From Utricularia gibba (Eukaryota > Plantae > Magnoliophyta): a stretch of 64,000 nt of DNA. The stretch lies in the NCBI GenBank assembly GCA_002189035.1, contig NEEC01000012.1:2418001-2482000 (forward strand). Reading direction: 5' to 3'. Both the position numbers and the translations under genes were made by a program. The notes beneath the pieces were generated by a model. That model did not search any database and was not told the origin of the DNA. It saw only the letters and a program-made list of their open reading frames with translations. Positions 1 to 12,853 of this stretch are shown here, piece by piece (the first letter of the stretch is position 1; the number at the start of each line of letters is the position of its first letter).

Positions 1-544
1 AATGTTATAAAGATGCCAAATATCCGGAACGTAAACCGCAAGAAAAGAAGCAGATGCACGTAATCAGTCGAAAGGAAGGAATCGTAAATGAACCCCCACA
101 AATTGTCAGCAAGCCAGCATCAACACAATTCAAAGGAACTCCCCATGCGTTGAAACATCAAGTACCAACGAGGCCGCATAGAACTGAATATAAGTTTTAT
201 AAGAAACACAAGTAAAAGGGAACTCAAATTCAACTGGATTAGAAGGATCCCAACTTCTTTTTTTTTTTCACCAGCAATTTCTCTCCTTTCTCCCGAAACA
301 AGAGTAAAATGCAACAAGTTAGGTTTTTCTAGCAGTTGGAAGAGGATCAAAACTTCACCAACTGAATCGTTAGAAACAAAATGAGAACAGAAAGACTACC
401 AAATTTATCGCGGAAACGCAACACGGGACGAAAACCCCTAGCCCCTAGGCAATTTCCACTAGCCACCAGCTCGCAGAATCCAGTCGATGGGAAACAACAT
501 CCAATTCACAGATTCACAGATTCAGCCCAAAGCAAATACGCAAA

Positions 545-760
545 CTCACTGACCAATTCCTTCGTCTCCAACCCCATGGCCCAATCGTAAATTCCGATCA
601 TCTCTAGAACTGAAAAACCGTTTCTTCTCTCTCCGCCTCAACTGTCCGTCAAGGACATCTCCCGCCTTTGTCATTGTTCTTCTCCCATGGGCAGCTTAAG
701 GCCCACTAGTCTAATAATTCTGAAAGTGGGCTATCGAGCCCAATACATAATACGCTGGCG
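545..760 (-). promoter_or_regulatory. Probable promoter/5' leader of an unidentified gene running off the left edge
   Basis: Cluster of site II-like motifs (GGCCCA, TGGGCT, AGCCCAA at about 700-745) next to a GA-rich leader-like tract on the minus strand. No recognisable CDS in 1-600. Confidence 0.35.
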
Positions 761-1024
761 GATTCAAATCCTGGCTAAAGAACCGCCGCCCTCCTGATCG
801 GAGTCGCCGCAATTGATATCTCCTCCGACCAGTCTTACAGGCTGTGATCCTTTATTCAGAAAGTAGAAAAAACTTCATCAGCTACCCAATCTCATACATA
901 CACCACATGAATTGCAGAGAATACTCCAACAACCAAATGATTTTCTGGGCTTCTGTGTACACATCGAACCCCAGTTTTATTGCAGCGGTTCAACTTGCTG
1001 AGGGAGACCAACACCCAGAATCGT

Positions 1025-4000
1025 TCACAACTGAGACAGCTTGGCCAGCGTCAGAGCCAGCGCTCGCACCCCATTACCAATGTCCCTTGCCTCTGCAAAT
1101 TCTTCCGGTCTATGGCTGTATCCTGCACACACCACAACCATAGCAAATCAATTAAACGATTCTATGAAATAATTCAAATAAATAGAATCAAACACATCCT
1201 AATTCTATTATTAGCTGCATTACCTTTATAGCAGGGAATGAAGATCATGGCCATGGGTGATACTCTGCCAGAATGTGTCCGTATTCAGTGGCCAACAGAA
1301 TGTTGCAATCACAGGTTAGTTTCGTTATCTGTAGTACCTGGCCATGAAGAGGGAATCATGATAGGCTCTGCTGATCATCTTCTTGAAAGACAAGTTGAGT
1401 TCTTGGCAGGCGGATTCCATGGCGTTCACCACCGTGTCATGGGAGGCTGCTGGTGGATCCTGATTCACGATTCTGAATCCTGAGAGCTTCACACCCCGAG
1501 CTTCGGAGATGCTGATAGCAGACTGGCTGACTTTGCTGATCACTGTGTTTCTTCGCTTTTCGTCGATATCACGGATATCTGCAGGCAATAGCATGAAGGG
1601 AAGTGATGGTTTGTTCATGATCAAGAGATGGATGAACCCATCTGGGGACATATCCTACAAACAGACCGATTTCGAGATGGGATTTGCTTGGGATGCTGTT
1701 AACTGCCGCAGGGTGCAGCTCCAGAATGCCTTCAGTAGAGCAACGAGATCATCAAAGATGCAAAGGGAGATGCTTTATGTGGAAAAGCTAAGGTTTGGGA
1801 TTCACCAACAGTGCCAACCGTGTCCACGGATCCGGACTCCAGTACGTGCTTTTCGACTGCAAGTGCTAATTCTGCAGCAGCCAATCCTGCATCATGCCTG
1901 TCAGAAAATAGTTTGTGGATTGATCAGAGAAGATATGTATTCCCAAAGAGTGAACAAAGAGGCTTGATTCCATCATAGAGGTGAAGATCCAGACAACAAT
2001 GAAGACCCCAGGAGTTGAAGAATGTTACACCAGATAGAGGAGAAGCATTTGGTCCACAGATCTTCTAATCCCAGTCACTATTTTCATACTTTTAAGGCAC
2101 TGCTACACCCCTAAACCTTTTCAGTCATGAAATTACTATCTAACATAATTCAACCGTCATGGAGTCTCAGGAAGAGAAGTTCATTTCACCTTTGAGGAAA
2201 ATAAGAAAGTTTGAGATGAAGTTCATTGCGACCCAGAGGAATAGATGTTGCCAAGAGTGAAAAATTTTTGGTATATTCAGGATGATACACTAAGGTCACT
2301 CTCCCCCAAACTTGGATAACAAACAATAATACTTAAGAAATGTTGAGGATCTAGAAAGCAAAGTTCAAACCAGAAGAGAAAGCATTACCTATCCATCATG
2401 AGAACAGCTCCAGCATGGCCACCAGCGCCTTCAAAGTCCACCTTGATGCTTGCAGGAGCGGCAATGGCAGTGACAAGACCAATTTCGGTAGCTATGAAAA
2501 GCGAGGATTAATCCCCAACTACGAAAACTACATAAAATAGCATAAATAATAGTCCAACCTTCCGTTTCCAAAATGGGACCTTGTTCAATATGTAATTCAA
2601 TAAATGAAGAATAGCTCCCCTTCTCAAGAGCCAAGCTGCGAAGGTCCACATCATTTTTCATGTAACCAGCGGATCTAGCAGCCTCTAGGAAAGAGATATT
2701 CTGACCATCGGCGACCCTTGTAAGAAGTTCCACCAATTCCTCATTTCCTGCCAACAGACGGCTGCAGTATTGGTCTAGTTTAGAATGAGAAAAGAAAGAC
2801 AAGGGGAAGAAAAAACTGAATGTTTGGTTATTTTTAAAGTGGGGAGTGATAATGTTTATTTCCAAAAGCATAGCAATGATAAAAATCATATTTATACGTA
2901 GAGAAAGTAACCAGCAGCGAAAGGAAGGCCACCTCGTATGTTTTGAAACAGAATATGATGACTCTTACCTTCCCAAGCAGCCGATTCCAAATCGTGTGGG
3001 CTCTTCTGATGTGAACATGATCACCTCCAAGGAACGTTTAGGCTTAAACCCCAATCTTCATGAGCTCAATGAAATTAGAAAATGAAAAAAAAATGAGGAT
3101 CATCTGAAAAGAAACCACAGTAAAACATAACCTGAAGGGACACAACTGACTCTGCAACATAAGGTCAAGCAAGCATTCTTGAGTGCATAAAGATTAGATA
3201 ACATGCATACCGCTTCAGCACATTGATGGCTTCTATGGCACCAATGACACCAATTACGCCATCATATTTTCCTGAGTATGGTATAGCATCAATATGAGAT
3301 CCTGTGGCAACAGCCGGAAGTTCAGGTTCCGTGCCAGTCCTGGTTAAGATTAGTTAAAATCGAATCAAGAAAATGTGCAAAAACTGAAACTTTAGATAAA
3401 ATAAAAATATTTGGTCAGCGGGATAAAGTTTAAGGTCGTTGAATTGACTGCACTATTCTAAGCCTATGAATCCGTACACAAAAGGCTAATCTGTAAACCC
3501 TTCACTATTGAACAAGCCTTCCCTAACTCCTTAAGAATCCTAAACAAAGAAGAATATCTACTTTTCCTTGGTAGAACAAAAAATAGGTCTGAAAAAAAAA
3601 ACAAAAACATCTTCACTTCTTCTGTAAGACACAAAAATGGCTGCAATGCATTTCTTTGCGCTTTTAAAATTTATACTTATACAATTACAACACAATAAAT
3701 ATATATTTTGAGAATCAACGGTATATAAAAATTTTATACATTATCTTTATAGACTAAAATTAATCTAAAAACCATGGAATTTTTTTCCTCTAATCGCTGA
3801 CATCTTTGCAAAGAGACATAATCCAGATTGACTTTTACTTTTTTCAATCTTTCCATCGGCATTTTACTGTATACGTCTGGTGACCAGGATGAAACTATAT
3901 CTAATCTACTTATTGAATGCACTACATCTCGACATATCTGGCATAGGGCCTTTACCTCACATAATTCTATCCCAGTCATAAACTCATAAAATCTTGCTCA

Positions 4001-5192
4001 TCTTATAGATTATATCCCAACAAATCCAGTGACAGGCTTCCCTACCTTATAGACATTATGGCACAATCAAATCATGCACAAAAGTAGTAGAACACTGGAA
4101 AATCATCGCTATAAAATCCAAGCAGTCTTCGTGGTCAATATCTTTTTCACAATTGAGCTTCAAGCAGTCTGAATAGCCATACAGAGTTAAATAAATGGAA
4201 CGAATACAAGTTTCACAACTCACCATCGACCAAATATACTTCCTACTGCATCCTCTTTTACTAAGAGATTAGAACGAACCATCAAATCTTTAATGTACCT
4301 GCACTTAAATGTTGCAGAATATTCAAGGAATCAAAAGCATGTCAGGACTATGGACTCAGCTATCATCCACGGAACCAATATCATTATCAAAGGTACGATA
4401 CACGGTAAAGGCAATCATCAAAAAAGGTTACAGATGTACTGGTCCATCCAAAGTTAAATTTTGATGTCAACATCCAATTATATATTTTTTTTATCCTGCT
4501 GTCTTCATGTACATCAAAATGCATATCCTTGAAACGACTGGAAACTTATCGAAAACAAAAGCATGCATATACTCTACTCGAGTTCTCACCCTCTGGCTAG
4601 AATATCATTTTGACTGTATAGCACCCGTGTTACAGAAGGTGCAGGTGAATCAGAGAACAATGATAGCTCATGAATCTGGACACAGTAAGATAAAGATGTT
4701 AAAAGACATCCGAAAGCAAACAATAAAAACTACAAGAAGGCGCACTCAATCCCACGAAAGCTAGGAAACCCAAATGACAAACTTATTTTCCGATCAACCC
4801 AGAATAGATCAACTACAATAGCACTAGCGCATGAAGATTTTCATGTAAATGAATGGCCTCAGTTCTTGACTTTCCTTGAATATTCAAAATCTTTTGCATC
4901 TTCCCATTAAGAATTCATTAAAACGTCCAGTGGCACATAAAGAAGGGGCCATAATTTTACAAAGTAACATGCGAATGAACATGAAGATTCTACTTGCCTG
5001 CTTCTGCAGACTTTCGGTGTCAACTGAGGCCGACGAGAAGGCAGGCAGAAAGCTTTGCTCATGAATCTTATAGCCTGAAAATTCTTCCATTGTTTGTGTT
5101 ATTTCGTCAACTTCATCATCAGTTGAGATGGCAAGAAGAAGGCCCGAAAAGCAGCAAAGTGAGAGAACAACTATGGGAATTCTCATCGTCAT
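1025..5192 (-). CDS. UAH: Ureidoglycolate amidohydrolase (M20/allantoate amidohydrolase family), 12 exons
   Basis: The spliced translation follows Arabidopsis UAH throughout: signal peptide, TMEEFSGYKIHE, VATGSHIDAIPYSGKYDG, FTSEEPTRFG, ELHIEQGPILE, GHAGAVLM, ISRAYHDSLFMAR, GYSHRPEEF...TLAKLSQL*. All junctions traced stay in frame. Intron 1 (4676-4997) is GC-AG. The start could be ATG 5192 or 5186. Confidence 0.95.
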
Positions 5193-5872
5193 GTTTGATG
5201 CAGCGGGAGGCACGAGCCTTCCTCCACGACTGGAGCTTATCGCAGCAAAATGGTGCTTGCCATAGTGAAGCAAAATAGCGTTTGTGATCTTAGCACAGGT
5301 GGGTTTGGCAGAAAAGGATGGGCCAGAAATTTCACCAGAGTTCCCAAATTTCCCACAATCTGGACAATTGAGCTATCCAATGATTTTAATGGGTAGGAAA
5401 AGGATGGGCCATCATCCATTTCAACAGAGTAAATTCTACCAACCAGCGCAGCTACTACCCAGAAACCAAAAGAACCATCCACTTTGCCAGATCACAAATG
5501 GGGACTTGAATCGGTGATGACAATCCAAATCCGACAAAACAAAACTGAATTTAAAGCTAAACCAAATCCAATGCGTTTTTCATAATCAAATCCATATTCA
5601 AATGGCAATCCAAATACTTGTGTTTTGGGCATACATTCTTAATACATCATCTTAGTTACGCTCCACCGCTATCCTTTGTGGCTGGTATGAGCACAATGGG
5701 ATCTAAGAAACATTTAGGAAGGCAGACGCGCTCCATTTCTCCTAGGGCACATGTAGAGGGAGTTTTCAATCATGTCATGTCATATCAATAACATGTATGA
5801 TACATCATCTTTAATATTGGTTATGATTATATTTAGATAATTATTTAGCATTATATCTCTTTGAGATATCCT

Positions 5873-5946
5873 GGCCTATTAGCTCAGTTGGTTAGAGCGT
5901 CGTGCTAATAACGCGAAGGTCGCAGGTTCGAGACCTGCATGGGCCA
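5873..5946 (+). tRNA. tRNA-Ile (anticodon AAT), intronless
   Basis: GGCCTAT/ATGGGCC acceptor stem, A box TAGCTCAGTTGG, anticodon loop CTAATAA, B box GGTTCGAGACC and a downstream T-run Pol III terminator (about 5962). Confidence 0.97.
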
Positions 5947-6365
5947 CGTATGTCCTAACAATTTTTTCCTTCGCGTCCCAAGTACGTAATTTTGGTGAGT
6001 TTTATAGTTTTTATTTTTCGAAATCAATTATCGACAAGGATTTTTTATACATTAAAAATTGTACAATAAAATTTATTAAAAATAAGAAATATTTCTAAAT
6101 TTCTACTTGTTTTATTTAAATAAACAAATACAAGTTGGTGCAGACCGGAGACTGCCGCCATCTTTGCCAATTAGCCCCTCAATCTGAACCGCACCTTCCT
6201 TCCATTTGGAAACCCTACTGAGACCTCATTTGCCCACAAAGAGATCACCATGTACGTTGCCATTTTGGTTCTTCTGTAACTGTTTTGTATATAGAGTCCG
6301 TACACGCTCTTCACAAACAGAAAACTAAATAATGCCTGCCATGCTATTGGTGTGGACTGGACCAT

Positions 6366-7796
6366 TTATCTGTCCTTTTGATGCTGCGTGTTGCTCATTG
6401 GTCGCCTTCCATGTCTTTCTGTGCTGGAACCGTCGCTTATCCTCCAGACCTTCACGCTCCGGTCGAGGCTTCCGCTGTACACAATCCAACTCTCCTCCTC
6501 CTCCGATGGTGATGATGATGACGACGACGGCCTCACCGCCAGGCACTTCACCGGGCCCATGTGTCCTTTCAGCACCGACACGCAGGCGTACCCGGATCCT
6601 CCTCCATCTACTCCTGCCGTGCCCGTGTTCCGACGCCACACGCATACTGTCTTGTCTGCCGACCCGCTGATCACTAAATGGCCTGCGCAGGCTAGGCAGA
6701 GAACTGCCTGCTTGTGGCCTCGGAGTACTCCGCCGAACGCCATGAAGTGCTTTGTCCGCGCCCAGAAACTGACGAGCCCGTCGGAGGAACCTGCGAATAG
6801 TGTCCCGCCACGGCGGCTCGCCGCCATCGATGTCACCGCGTGGTCCTGGTGCAGAAGCGTCTCCACAAGAAGATGATGGGTTGATTTCCCGACCAACTCC
6901 CGCCGCCATGCCTTCAGGGTGCCGTCGGCTGCGCCGGTGAAAACCAGGCCGAATTCGACGAGAATGGAATTCACTGCGTCGTCGTGGCCGGAAATTGATT
7001 CCAGGCATTCGGAATTGGAGATTCTCCACGCTTTCCATGTTTTGTCCCACGAACCGGAGTAGAGCAATCCGAGATCCGCGTCGATCGTTAAACAGGACAC
7101 CGCGTCGTGATGCTTCATCCACGGGACGCTTCTTTTTCTCCTCACCCGTACGTAATTTTTCGGATTAATCGCCGCTTTCATCAAATCCCTCGTCGAAGGG
7201 AGACTCCCGACACGTTTGTGAGTTTTCTTTCCGTCGCCGGAAAACCTCCAAATCCTGATTTTTCCGTCTTGGTGGCCAGTAAAAACCCTTTGATCAAACA
7301 TTACTATGGCTTTTACAAGCCCACTGCCTGATTTAAACATCGCGTACTCCTGAAAATTCTTCCACACCCTGATGTTCTTGCTCTCCGATCCGGTGTACAA
7401 CAGATCACCGTCAGTCGCGAGCGAGTACACATGGCCTTCTTCCCGGAGGAGCGACCCGATCAAACCGTTCTTCATCTCCTGGCCGGAGTTCCCAGACTGG
7501 TAAATCCAAGGAGATTTGACGTAGGGAGAGTGTTCCGTCCACGGCGACATCGCCATCGCATCAAACGAGGGCGAAGAAAGAGCGCTTCCAGGATTGGAAT
7601 ACGATGTGGTGGCGCTATCCACCGGCGGGCTCCCGCTGGAGTAAGTCGCGTCACTCCTCCGCCACCACGAATCATCCGCGGCGGTTTCTTGAAACGAAAG
7701 AATCTCTCCAAACTTCACACGGCGCAGATCTCTCTTCCCCCGCCCTGGATCGCCGTCCGCAAACCCAGTCTTCTTACAATATCGTTCTCCAGACAT
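6366..7796 (-). CDS. WD40-repeat protein, JINGUBANG-like, single exon, 476 aa
   Basis: Uninterrupted ORF with a Ser/Pro-rich N-terminus (SPW..SPY.KSPW) and WD repeats (LYTGSESKNIRVWK, FTGHQDGKIRIW, HHDAVSCL, GHDDAVN, GHKQAVLCL, GHMGPVKCL, SGSLDRSVKVWR). Confidence 0.92.
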   Translation of the reverse strand: MSGERYCKKTGFADGDPGRGKRDLRRVKFGEILSFQETAADDSWWRRSDATYSSGSPPVDSATTSYSNPGSALSSPSFDAMAMSPWTEHSPYVKSPWIYQSGNSGQEMKNGLIGSLLREEGHVYSLATDGDLLYTGSESKNIRVWKNFQEYAMFKSGSGLVKAIVMFDQRVFTGHQDGKIRIWRFSGDGKKTHKRVGSLPSTRDLMKAAINPKNYVRVRRKRSVPWMKHHDAVSCLTIDADLGLLYSGSWDKTWKAWRISNSECLESISGHDDAVNSILVEFGLVFTGAADGTLKAWRRELVGKSTHHLLVETLLHQDHAVTSMAASRRGGTLFAGSSDGLVSFWARTKHFMAFGGVLRGHKQAVLCLACAGHLVISGSADKTVCVWRRNTGTAGVDGGGSGYACVSVLKGHMGPVKCLAVRPSSSSSSPSEEEESWIVYSGSLDRSVKVWRISDGSSTERHGRRPMSNTQHQKDR

Positions 7797-9809
7797 ACTC
7801 TCGTGAATATGAACGTTAGGACATGAAGAGGTGGGGGGATATATTCGCCGGACGCCATTGCCTAGAGTCTAAAAGTCGGCTACTGCCCTCTATCCCACAG
7901 ACACGTGGAATGTGATTAAAGTGAAATTACTCAAAAACCATATTGTTTAAAACTGGATCAATAAATGTTTTGGAGTTGAAGTAAATCGTGTTACATTCGT
8001 CATTAAATCATAACCATAATTGAAGGGCTCATGAAGTATATTGTAAAGTTTTTTATAGTAAATAAGTTATCTTTATATAAACTCTTATTATACCATATTT
8101 ATAACTAATTTGGGATTCGTTTAAAGTTATTACATAATTTATTAGATCGGAACTTTCTACCTTACTTGAAAACTTAGTACGCTGGTTAAGGTTTGCTTCA
8201 TCATCTCTTTATATGATATCGATCCTCACATTTATTCTTTCATTACATAGATACTTTATGTAAAATTAAATAAGATCATTTTATATAAATTCTATTTCTA
8301 TCATCCATAATTAATGTAGAAATTAATACTTTTTTATAATTTTAAATCAAATTATCCACAATTATTGCTCATATATTTTTATTTAAAAAATCAGTAAAAT
8401 TAAGATTTATAAAACCCATTGAAATTTATTTAAATATTGGTTTTTGTTCTTCTCCCTTGAATTTCAAGATCCATCCTTGACTCGAACCTTCCAACTCCCG
8501 AGGAAAGAAAATTGCTGCGCAGGTAGTTTATGATGTTAGAAGTGCATTTCTGGTCCGTGTGAAAGACCCGGAAGAGCGGCGATGCGTGTCGACGAGTCAG
8601 CGGGATTGGGGTGGCGGAAGTGTCCGTGGAGCATCCCCATTGGACACGGCGATGGACCTGCACGTCCCAAGTCTCCTTTTTCAACAAGTTTAGGTCGAGT
8701 TCTCCGTCAGCGTACTTGTGACGTGGTAAATCATCGGAATTCCGACACATGGAGGCCTAGTCGAGTCCGTACGGCGCCCGTGTCCTACCTTTCCCGATTG
8801 GCGTAACGTGACGGTAATGGCCTTTCTATTATTGTCATCTCATGCTAATCCACAAAAGTTACTCCAATTACAGACAAGTACAATCTGAATATCATATAAT
8901 ATATATGTGCATAAGAAAACTTATATATTCAAACAAGTCGAATGCTCGTAATCGAATTTATTAGAAAATGTACGACATCATATTTAGTATTTTAAATTAG
9001 TATAAATGGGCAATTTATTTGTTAGATATTTTAAATAATTATATAAGATAAATATTACTTCAAATCTGTAATTAGTACTTATCTCAAAGACTTTTAATAC
9101 CAAAACAAAGTTTTGATTGATAGTCAAATTTATATAAAGCATTGTTTATTATAAATAAAAGATTAATTTTATCACATTATAAAATAATAGAAAATAAATA
9201 CATTTAATTTTAAATACTAATTATCAGTTATAATCGATATTAAAACAGTAAAAACAGATAGATTTAAAATAAAAAATCGAATACTAAAAATATGTTCTGA
9301 AAAATTTTTAAAATCTATTTTTACTTTTCAAAAATAAAAATAATTTTGTTTTAGAATAATATACATCGTAAAATTACTTCTATCAAAAAATATTTTTGAA
9401 ATTATACTACAAAATTTTATTTTTGGAAAAATATGTCTATTATCTCAAACTAGTAATTAAATATATTCAATATATCAAAATTTAAGAATTAATTATATCG
9501 ATAAAAATTGATACGCACCAACCGTCCAGGAAACATCTCCCCCGACAAGAAAAAGACGTGGCAGAGTTGGGAAGGCAGCAACACCTTGTGTGGATCAGGG
9601 AGCTCAGAACAAAAGGAAGCTACCAGAAGAGACAGGTTAATATTGTATGAAATGGATCTGTCTCAATGAAAGTAATCATTTATTTGTGTGTTCCAATCAA
9701 TTCTATGCGCGGAGTTGATCCTCCTTCTTCCGCAGCAGCAGCAGCCTGTGCTCCATGTCAAATGTTAGAAGCCTTGGTGTGGGGTGCGGCCTGTTGTTGT
9801 CAGCACGCT

Positions 9810-11849
9810 TCACATTCTACAGCTCCTGCTGCTGTTGCCTCTCGCTGGAGCTCTTCCAAGTGAGTACTCTTTGATCCTCTCCCCTGCGAGCGATGCCTGC
9901 ACAGGCAGGAAGGTGACAGAGTTAGGCAGGATCCCATTTTGGTTGGGAAGAAGGAGAGATGATCAACAGTATCGAACCTCTTGGTGCCAATTGGTCCTCA
10001 GGACAAAGATGATTAGAGTCAGAGTCTGTATCAAAACACCAACCAGCATTCCAATCCAAATCCCTTGCACACCAAGATTTGCTTTGTACCCAAGAAGCCC
10101 CCCAAGGGTAGACCAAGGAGGTAGTAGCAGACAACGTTGACTATGGCTACTGATGTTTGCCATCCTGCACCCACTGCCACGCCTGCAAATAAAAAAAAAA
10201 CGCCCGTTTCGAGTGAATAGAGAGATAGATACATATTGTCATATCTGATCGTGCTGCATCTGTCTGCTGTGGCGTACCATGGAGGACTGGTTGGATGTTG
10301 TTGAAGAAAATGGTGACTGCCAAGAGGTAACCCAAGTTGGAAGCCTGCTGAATCACTTCTTCTTGGTTGGAAAACATTCTCGGGAACGACTGCCGGGATG
10401 CTATTATCGCCACCGCGAATAAAGCCCCGAGGAGTGTGGACTGTACCAGAGTCACCCCTATGGAGAATTTGGCTGCCTTGGGGTTGTTTGCTCCAAGCTC
10501 ATTCGATACGCGAACGCTGGAGTGTTGTCATCCATGTTAAAACAAAGATTTGATAGCATGGAATGGATGTGTTCAGCGGTATTTTCTAAAGGGCAGCGCT
10601 GTTACCTGATTGCAGCGTTGAAACCAACACCGATCATCAGCACCCAGATCTCTATATTCATGCTGGAGATCAGAAAAAAGTTGTTTCAGTGAAAGGTTTG
10701 AGTAACTGAAATGCTTAGTGAACTAAGGATTTTGGAAAGAAAACCAACCAGATGGAAATGGCAGCGACAGAAAGCTCTGGGTTGCGCAGCCAGCCAACCA
10801 TCAGAAGCACAACAGTAAAATACCAGAGCTCTAAGCTGAAGAGATACAAAAACAGCAGTTCAGAAGTTTTGTTTGCTTTAAAAAAAAGAATGATAAGAAA
10901 GAAACTGTGGTGCACAGCTTACCATAGCATAATGGCTGAGGCTAGGGATAGCTTGACAAAATTATAGAGTTGCTTGAAAGCAGAAAAGGAGAACCCAGTC
11001 CAAGATTCAGGGAAAAGACCAGAGACAACATATATAATTTCACCAAAGACTATGAGAAACCATGACAAATTTGCAGCCATGGCTGCACCAAGAAGGCCTT
11101 TCCCCATTACAGTCAAAAGAATCCAATTCAAAAGAACATGAATTCCCAAGGCAAACAAGGAAATGAAAGTCATAACCCAGATTTTGCTCTGAGCTTGTAG
11201 AAACTTTTGAACGGGAAAATTGAGAGCATATGCAAAGAGCTGAGGAGTAACCCACAAGGCATACTTTCCAGCAACATCCGCGATACGGGGGCTCTGTCTG
11301 ATGAGTTTGAGGATGGGGGAAGTAAAGACATAGAGTGGAGAAAGCAACACAGCAGTGACTAATGTTATAATCCAAGATCTCTGCAAATAAATGCCAAGCA
11401 TCTTGTACTCCCCTGCTCCAACCGCCTGCCCGCAGAGAGTTTCAAGAGCGCTTCCCATCCCTAGCTAATACAACCAAAGAGGATGAAGTGTGTTTTCTCA
11501 GAGACAGTCGCAGAAATGGATACAAAAGCACAAATTAGAGGAAGCATGGATTCACCATAACGCCGTACGCAAAGCCCTCCAGCACATCCTGAACGATTGA
11601 AACAGCGGCGAGTTCGAGTGCCCCAATGCGCCCAACGAAGGCCGCGGTGACGAAGGAGAGGGAAAATTGCGTGACGCTTGTGATGATCGCCGGCAGCGCG
11701 ATACTCCACATCACCTTTGATTCTTTCCATACTTTCCCTCGGAAGCCCACCTTCTTCTCTCCGGTGGTGCCATCAACATGGAAGGAGTTGGGGTTGGCGG
11801 GCTCTTCCATTGGCGGCCGACGAGAAGAGACGAGACGAGACTCATCCAT
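9810..11849 (-). CDS. MATE/DETOXIFICATION efflux transporter (DTX33-35-like), with an apparent 1-nt deletion at 10098-10103
   Basis: Exons give LGMGSALETLCGQAVGA, QKFLQAQSK, SLASAIMLCLELWY, SVRVSNELGA, GVAVGAGWQ and GIWIGM. The frame breaks at a G6 run (LPLGG / LLGYKANLG). G7 restores the conserved frame. Confidence 0.9.
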
Positions 11850-12853
11850 GGCATTCTCTATATATATACATGAAGTAAGCTCTGAGTAGTTGGACACATG
11901 TCAAAAGATTACCCACATGGAGTCGGAAATTTGCAGACCACTCGGTTGTTGAAATTTGAAAAGAAAACTCAAGAAACTTCGTAGCCATTCTGGTCCATGA
12001 AGTCGGCCGCCACCGTCAAGATAGTCCTGCCCTGGCAGACTAAAATACAAAACCCAAATTTGAAAGGTGATCGGCGACGATCACCCCCACCAACCCAGTT
12101 CAGACGAATGCCCCTGCCAACCGCGCCAACCTTCCATCTGGCTCCACTTTCATGAATCATAAATTCACTTCATTATCCTGTTTTCTTCTTCGCTTCATAT
12201 CATAACCCACCGACGATTCCTTCCTCGTGATCATCTGGGTTGGTGGTCAAAGATTTAGGACGTGGCAGGTGATCTGTGTCGGACCGTCGGTTGCAGAAAG
12301 CAGCGAAAACCTAACAAGAGAAGAATAAGACGGCATCTTGGTGCTTCAAATCATCTTGAAACCGGAAAACTAAACAGTCAATAGGTTCCACTCGAAAGTG
12401 GAATGGAAGTCTCTCCATTTCTGGAATTGCGTTTGAGGCTCTTCTTCTTCAACCAAAAAAAGGCAACCGCCGTCGCCGTCGTCATTCGCACCACGGTGGT
12501 GCTGATTTGTACATAATTAAGATTTATTAAATGATTTTAAAAAGATTTTGCGCAATTTACATACTATATAACAAAAATAAATACAAGTTTTAATACATAA
12601 ATGTCAAATTAAAAAAATGGGTACTTGCAGAATTCTGACAGCGAAAATTTAGAGGTCAGAAATTTTATTTCAGAATGAACCCAAGATCCAAAATTTAGGA
12701 AAATTTCATCAAAATTTAAAATCTTGGTTAAAAAAAGCCAACAAGAACATTCGAAGCCAAGAGAAACTTTGATAGTATTAAATAACCTCCATCTGTCCAG
12801 GCAAGGTCTGCAAATGGTCTCATCCGGACAATTTGATTGGTGCTCAACAACAA

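Noticed and set aside
5237-5517. ORFs upstream of UAH (81 aa minus, 77 aa plus)
   Set aside because: No recognisable conserved peptide. They probably lie in promoter sequence.
6325-7826. Long alternative-frame and antisense ORFs over the WD40 gene (265, 162, 131 aa)
   Set aside because: Shadows of a GC-rich single-exon CDS, with no recognisable domains.
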